This document shows positions 15,876 to 20,000 of a stretch of 20,000 bases of DNA, in pieces. The DNA is from an uncultured virus (IMG/VR IMGVR_UViG_3300025864_000013) (lineage: Duplodnaviria; Heunggongvirae; Uroviricota; Caudoviricetes). The first letter of the stretch is position 1. Every line of letters begins with the position of its first letter. The stretch is from IMG/VR virus record IMGVR_UViG_3300025864_000013, one strand, 5' to 3'. Below the pieces are notes generated by a model, which did no database searches, was not told the DNA's origin, and was given only the letters and a program-made list of their open reading frames with translations. The position numbers and the translations under genes are program-made.

Positions 15876-16952
15876 CTAGATAGGCCCGTTACTTTCTCCG
15901 AAAGCTCCTGATGGTAATTCCCATTTGTCAGTAAACACCGGAAGAGTATATTTATTGCTTAATGCACAGGCAAGGATGCCTTTTTTACGAAACTCAGGAC
16001 TGTATTCTTTGCCTTTCTCTGCCCTCTGGTCAACATTCATAGTTCTATGGATAGTAACACCAAACTCCTTTTCATAATTAGCTATCTTTTTAAGTCCGGC
16101 TGGATCTATACTTTTTATTGTGGCCCACTGGTTATTAGAACCAAAAATACATTTCATACATGATAGCCTTCCCCATCCAAGTCTATAAGCGGGATGCGGA
16201 TTAACTTTATGCTTTTTCATAATGTCCCAGACCTCTTGTTCCTTCCATGAGTGAACCGGCCTCCAGTGATCTACAAGTCTTCCCTTGGCTCCTGTTCTAT
16301 TATCTGCGCGATCTGGTTCAAACTCTTTATACTTTGCTCTGGAAGGGCTTTCTTCGGCTCTTTCACCGGAAATAACAAGCGTTCTTTTGTTATGAAAGCG
16401 TTCCTGATTATTTATAGCAGCGGTGCAAACATCAATTTTGAGATATGCACTACACCAACGGACACTTAAATCTGCCGATACCTGGGGAAACTTTTGTCTG
16501 GTTCCTTCGGGCCCTCTTCCCCCAGATAATCCACACTCAATAATATTGTCGTCTGGGTACTGCCAATGATTTTGTGATGTTGGTGTGTTTTTTCTGAGCA
16601 TCTCGCGCTCAAAGCCTCCTTCTTTCCAACTGAAATAAATAGGCTGATTAAAGGCCTTGGCGACTTCCCGGCAGTAATCCTCAGTTACCGGCCAATCCAT
16701 AAGATTTGATCCTTCTTTGCCGTCAACTAGGTGATGCCATAGTTCAATTTTGCTTTTATCAATGCCAATATCGAGTAAATGAAGATAGCAGGCCAGAGAA
16801 TCTTTGCCGCCGGAGAAAGCCAAAATGTAATAATCGTAGCTTTTAATCTCTATTTTGGGTGCGGAAACTGCCATCTCAGGAGAAAGCGCCTTAATTTCTT
16901 CCATCATTTTTTCGGCATCCGAAATGGCTCTGGAGTGAGAAACACTATCCAT
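15876..16952 (-). CDS. PAPS reductase family (PP-loop, Fe-S cysteines) phage protein (358 aa)
   Basis: AFSGGKDS PP-loop, RWCSAYLK, ISGERAEESPSRA, HPAYRLGWGRLSCMKCIF. Confidence 0.85.
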   Translation of the reverse strand: MDSVSHSRAISDAEKMMEEIKALSPEMAVSAPKIEIKSYDYYILAFSGGKDSLACYLHLLDIGIDKSKIELWHHLVDGKEGSNLMDWPVTEDYCREVAKAFNQPIYFSWKEGGFEREMLRKNTPTSQNHWQYPDDNIIECGLSGGRGPEGTRQKFPQVSADLSVRWCSAYLKIDVCTAAINNQERFHNKRTLVISGERAEESPSRAKYKEFEPDRADNRTGAKGRLVDHWRPVHSWKEQEVWDIMKKHKVNPHPAYRLGWGRLSCMKCIFGSNNQWATIKSIDPAGLKKIANYEKEFGVTIHRTMNVDQRAEKGKEYSPEFRKKGILACALSNKYTLPVFTDKWELPSGAFGESNGPI

Positions 16953-16963
16953 AATTATGTTTT

Positions 16964-17581
16964 TTAGATATTAAACTGGCTGAACTCCTGCATATACTTA
17001 CTTACAGAGGTTCCATTACAGTCTGCAAAATTATTACTGCCAGTTAAAAAATGTTGTACCCCGCCGATTCCGGCTAAGTGGGCCGCGGCGAGTAACCCGC
17101 CTTTTGTAATAACTACACCCTGGATTGTTTCTCCAATATAGTCTTCAAATCTTTTTTCAGACAACTTGCTTACTCGGTTCTTTAGTGATAATTCATTTTC
17201 TCGAATTAATGCCATTAGGGCCTCATCTTGCATTTCTGGGGAAAATATTGAGGGATCTACCTTAAATTTTTCAGGTGTTATTCCGGCGAATCCGAGTTTT
17301 TCAAGAGTATCGCTACAAAACTGATAGGTTCCCATATAGCCATAATCATTACATATTTTCCAGTTATTCCCTGACTCCTTAAACCCCATTAAAGACTTCC
17401 ACTTGGTAATTTCTTCTTTATAGATTAGTTTTTTAAAGGCTTTTTCTTTTTCTGTGGCCCATCTTTTGATCTCAGATAATGCAAATAGTTTATTCTGTTT
17501 TGTAAGGCTTTTTGAAATTGGCGGCGCGATAAGGCTTTGAAAGGCTAAGATTAAAATTGCAATTAATGTAATTCGCTTCAT
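16964..17581 (-). CDS. Lysozyme-like / lytic transglycosylase-like protein with N-terminal signal or anchor (205 aa from MKRITL)
   Basis: KESGNNWKICNDYGYMGTYQF (ES...GxxGxYQF) and AAAHLAGIGGV motifs; start revised to ATG 17581 (basic then hydrophobic leader). Confidence 0.7.
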   Translation of the reverse strand: MKRITLIAILILAFQSLIAPPISKSLTKQNKLFALSEIKRWATEKEKAFKKLIYKEEITKWKSLMGFKESGNNWKICNDYGYMGTYQFCSDTLEKLGFAGITPEKFKVDPSIFSPEMQDEALMALIRENELSLKNRVSKLSEKRFEDYIGETIQGVVITKGGLLAAAHLAGIGGVQHFLTGSNNFADCNGTSVSKYMQEFSQFNI

Positions 17582-17592
17582 TGTCTTAATTT

Positions 17593-17718
17593 TTAGTGAA
17601 TAAATTGAGGAAATATATATACGAGTAGTAATGTTGATACTCCGTATGCTATTGCGACCAGCAAGGCTACTCCAAGAAGGAATAGGGCTGCGTTTCTGAT
17701 CTGGATTAGTATTTTCAT
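17593..17718 (-). CDS. 41-aa hydrophobic membrane peptide missed by the ORF track (MKILIQIRNAALFLLGVALLVAIAYGVSTLLLVYIFPQFIH)
   Basis: Translated by hand; starts 4 nt after the -7 promoter box and ends 11 nt before the lysozyme-like ATG. Confidence 0.6.
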   Translation of the reverse strand: MKILIQIRNAALFLLGVALLVAIAYGVSTLLLVYIFPQFIH

Positions 17719-17722
17719 AAGG

Positions 17723-17755
17723 CAAAGGTATGTAATTTATATTATATGGGTCAAA
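17723..17755 (-). promoter_or_regulatory. Bacteroidota-type primary sigma promoter
   Basis: Minus strand TTTG (17755-17752), N21, TACCTTTG (17730-17723), matching the -33/-7 consensus TTTG/TAnnTTTG. Confidence 0.65.
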
Positions 17756-17789
17756 TAGTTATTATTCTGCAAGTTGCGAAAGGGATTGA

Positions 17790-18482
17790 CTAAAACAGTT
17801 TCAATTGTTGTTTATGGATCTGGAATCTTTCTTCCTGATCTTTAAAAAACTCTTCGTTATTTTCGCATGAGTAAAAATCAAAACCTCCATCAAAACAGGC
17901 TATTCTACTGGCCCCGCTTCCTAGGTTTGGGTCAAGTATAATGTCTCCGGGCTTTGCGTACTTTCTTAGCATCCATTGATAAATTGGAATTGGCTTTTCG
18001 GTTGGATGAATGCGTCTTTGATTCTTTTTTTTATTTCCCTGCATAGTTGCGCCATCGCCGGGAGTCCCTTGTAACATGCCATTCCATAAAAACCGGAATA
18101 GCCGTGTTGAGTGATGGAAACTACAATAAGCAATTTCACAGTCAGAAAAGTTTGTTCCTTCATTACACTTATCCCAGATAATACGACCTGCAGAGAATGG
18201 AAGATCAACCCTTCCAAGAAAATAGTTAATTCCAAAGATAATCTGGTGTTTTGAAACTCGAAATAGTTGATCAAAGTATTCTTGTGGGGGAATGTCGCTA
18301 TCCCAAAACTCCTTCCGGTACATTCTTGTTTTTGCGAGCTTCGTTCTTGATATATTTCTATGGGCCGACTCTTTTATCCCGTATTGCGGATCTGCAATAA
18401 CTATGTTTGCAAATTTATCCGGGAGGGTCTTCATGTATTTAATATTATCTATCAAATACGCTTCGCTGATCGGCTCTTTCAT
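17790..18482 (-). CDS. Orphan DNA methyltransferase, N6A/N4C beta-class (230 aa)
   Basis: ADPQYG (motif IV variant), IIWDK, HPTEKP, ILDPNLGSGAS (motif I); no cognate endonuclease visible. Confidence 0.85.
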   Translation of the reverse strand: MKEPISEAYLIDNIKYMKTLPDKFANIVIADPQYGIKESAHRNISRTKLAKTRMYRKEFWDSDIPPQEYFDQLFRVSKHQIIFGINYFLGRVDLPFSAGRIIWDKCNEGTNFSDCEIAYCSFHHSTRLFRFLWNGMLQGTPGDGATMQGNKKKNQRRIHPTEKPIPIYQWMLRKYAKPGDIILDPNLGSGASRIACFDGGFDFYSCENNEEFFKDQEERFQIHKQQLKLF

Positions 18483-18730
18483 CTGAACTGGTTTAAAACT
18501 TTATGGAGTTTTGCAACGGAATATATCTGGTAAACCAATACATTGATATAGCCGTTCTTTCCTGGATAATTTTTAGGTTCATTTGACCAGACTGTAATAT
18601 GATTTTTCTCCACGGAGATGTGGAGATTATTAAAAAGCCTGTTTTTTATCTTCTTTTCGTACCAAAAAGCCGATTTGTCGTCACAATAGACTTTCTCAAA
18701 GCCTACTGAAAATAAATATTTTTCTCTCAT
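18479..18730 (-). CDS. Hypothetical protein (83 aa)
   Basis: ORF track; ATGA overlap with the MTase gene. Confidence 0.55.
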   Translation of the reverse strand: MREKYLFSVGFEKVYCDDKSAFWYEKKIKNRLFNNLHISVEKNHITVWSNEPKNYPGKNGYINVLVYQIYSVAKLHKVLNQFR

Positions 18731-18732
18731 GA

Positions 18733-19308
18733 TTATGCCAGTAATCTATTAAGATACTCTTTTGCTTTTTCTGGGCCCCAGGCGTGAATCACTTTATCAA
18801 AATGGGTAACATCTTCGTCTGGAAATAAAATTTGTGCCTCTTTTTTAATGATAGTATCAGTCCAATCAATCTGTATTACTCTCTTACGCCATCCAATTTT
18901 AATTCTACCTTTATTTGTAGTAATAATAAACCACGGTAAATGTTTACAGCAATAGGAAGAGCAATAACCATTTGGGATCTCTTCAACAAATATCTCCCTA
19001 TTACCAAACAATGAAATAATCTCCGCTTTTTCTTTTATTGCCCTTATTTTTTCTTCTGGGTCAAGCCTTAAAGACTCTTCATTCAGATCATTTTTTATTT
19101 TTTCGATAGCATCACGGATGTTATTATTGTCGTTTTCTGTAAGTTTCCTATTTATGTCGAGTAATATTTCTATATCAGCACTGAATTTTTGCCCGACAAC
19201 TTTTAATGTGTAAACTGATTTTTTCATAATAATATTTTTAGGGTTTATTAAAGTTCTTCCATATCTATCCCCTTGGCCCAGGCATATATAAATATTCCGG
19301 CAACCCAA
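18733..19308 (-). CDS. Hypothetical phage protein (real start probably the internal MKKSVY, ~19227)
   Basis: EIPNGYC...PWFIITT...IKIGWRKRVIQIDW...IHAWG looks like a conserved domain; family unknown. Confidence 0.6.
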   Translation of the reverse strand: MGCRNIYICLGQGDRYGRTLINPKNIIMKKSVYTLKVVGQKFSADIEILLDINRKLTENDNNNIRDAIEKIKNDLNEESLRLDPEEKIRAIKEKAEIISLFGNREIFVEEIPNGYCSSYCCKHLPWFIITTNKGRIKIGWRKRVIQIDWTDTIIKKEAQILFPDEDVTHFDKVIHAWGPEKAKEYLNRLLA

Positions 19309-19496
19309 AAGAATAAAATAATAAGTTTAAAGGGAAGTAAGGAGTAAGTCACAACGGCTCTAATTTTTTGTCTGATCCGGGTTTTTATAAACCGCCGCCA
19401 ATTACCATACTTTTCATCTTGTTTTTCTTCCCACGCGACAAAAATCAATACAAAGGCCAAAAAAATGGCAAAAAATAAAAATAGTTTTGTTTCCAT
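19248..19496 (-). CDS. Small two-TM membrane protein (82 aa)
   Basis: Two hydrophobic stretches flanking a basic loop. Confidence 0.5.
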   Translation of the reverse strand: METKLFLFFAIFLAFVLIFVAWEEKQDEKYGNWRRFIKTRIRQKIRAVVTYSLLPFKLIILFFWVAGIFIYAWAKGIDMEEL

Positions 19497-19746
19497 AGTT
19501 CAAATTTTATACAAGGTTTAAACTTCTGCCTTAAATTCCAAAAAAAAAAGACTCAAAAAAATAAAACGGCAGACCCAAATATGTAATTCAGATTGTTTCC
19601 AAATTACAAAAAACCAAAAAATCTCCGCCAGATGTGGATTTGAGCACATTATTTAGAATTAATACAAACAAGAGTGCCAAGCGTAATAAACCTCAGTTAC
19701 AGGCAGGGCCAGTAGAACAACAAAGAATTATTAAAAGAAACATATA

Positions 19747-19920
19747 TCACAAAGCCATATCAAGAGCACGGCCCTGCCTATACCACTTTTTCTGGCAACG
19801 CTTGCAGCAACAGATGTGATTCTCATTCTTAATCACAAACTCATTTCCGCAAACTACACAATAGGTTCCTCTTCCTTTTCTTTTTCCCTCTTCAATTTTA
19901 AAAATAATTTCCTTCTTCAT
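19747..19920 (-). CDS. Small Zn-finger-like protein (57 aa from MKKEII)
   Basis: CVVCGNEF...CCCKRC cysteine pattern; start revised to ATG 19920. Confidence 0.45.
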   Translation of the reverse strand: MKKEIIFKIEEGKRKGRGTYCVVCGNEFVIKNENHICCCKRCQKKWYRQGRALDMAL

Positions 19921-20000
19921 AAAGAATAATTTAAAAAGCGGAAGGTATAAAAAAAAAGAATACTCCGGGAAAAAACAGCGCGTCAAAAAAAAAACAGGCC

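Noticed and set aside
17582..17725. N-terminal extension of the lysozyme-like ORF in the track (start 17725)
   Set aside because: That start lies inside the -7 promoter box; the interval is better explained by the 41-aa ORF and an ATG at 17581
14113..18274. Alternative-frame minus ORFs 14113..14322, 16779..16967 and 17966..18274
   Set aside because: Nested within, or largely overlapping, better-supported genes
919..19819. Plus-strand ORFs in the track (e.g. 919..1344, 4759..5088, 12218..12517, 13713..13967, 14053..14304, 19634..19819)
   Set aside because: Mostly antisense shadows of well-supported minus-strand genes; no recognisable motifs

Overview
AT-rich segment of a phage or prophage with essentially all credible genes on the minus strand. 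A Bacteroidota host is inferred from a TTTG-N21-TAnnTTTG promoter. Left to right: small virion/tail-type genes (1-2006), a membrane protein, a 1787-aa polyvalent DarB/DdrB-like protein (ParB-like, HExxE and N6-adenine MTase modules), short genes separated by a repeated palindrome (7969-9763), an HTH protein, a DnaN-like sliding clamp and an ASCH-like protein. Next comes a diversity-generating retroelement (DGR), then a PAPS-reductase-family gene, a lysozyme-like gene preceded by an unannotated 41-aa membrane peptide, and an orphan DNA methyltransferase. The DGR is the highlight. One reverse transcriptase (12506-13459) and one 78-nt template repeat (13558-13635) match three tandem paralogous small genes, whose variable repeats differ from the template only at adenines (10, 18 and 14 changes, counted by hand). 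The targets are small, lack signal peptides and lie among replication/early genes rather than tail genes. No recognisable Avd is present, and a 103-aa gene overlapping the RT stop is a candidate alternative accessory factor.
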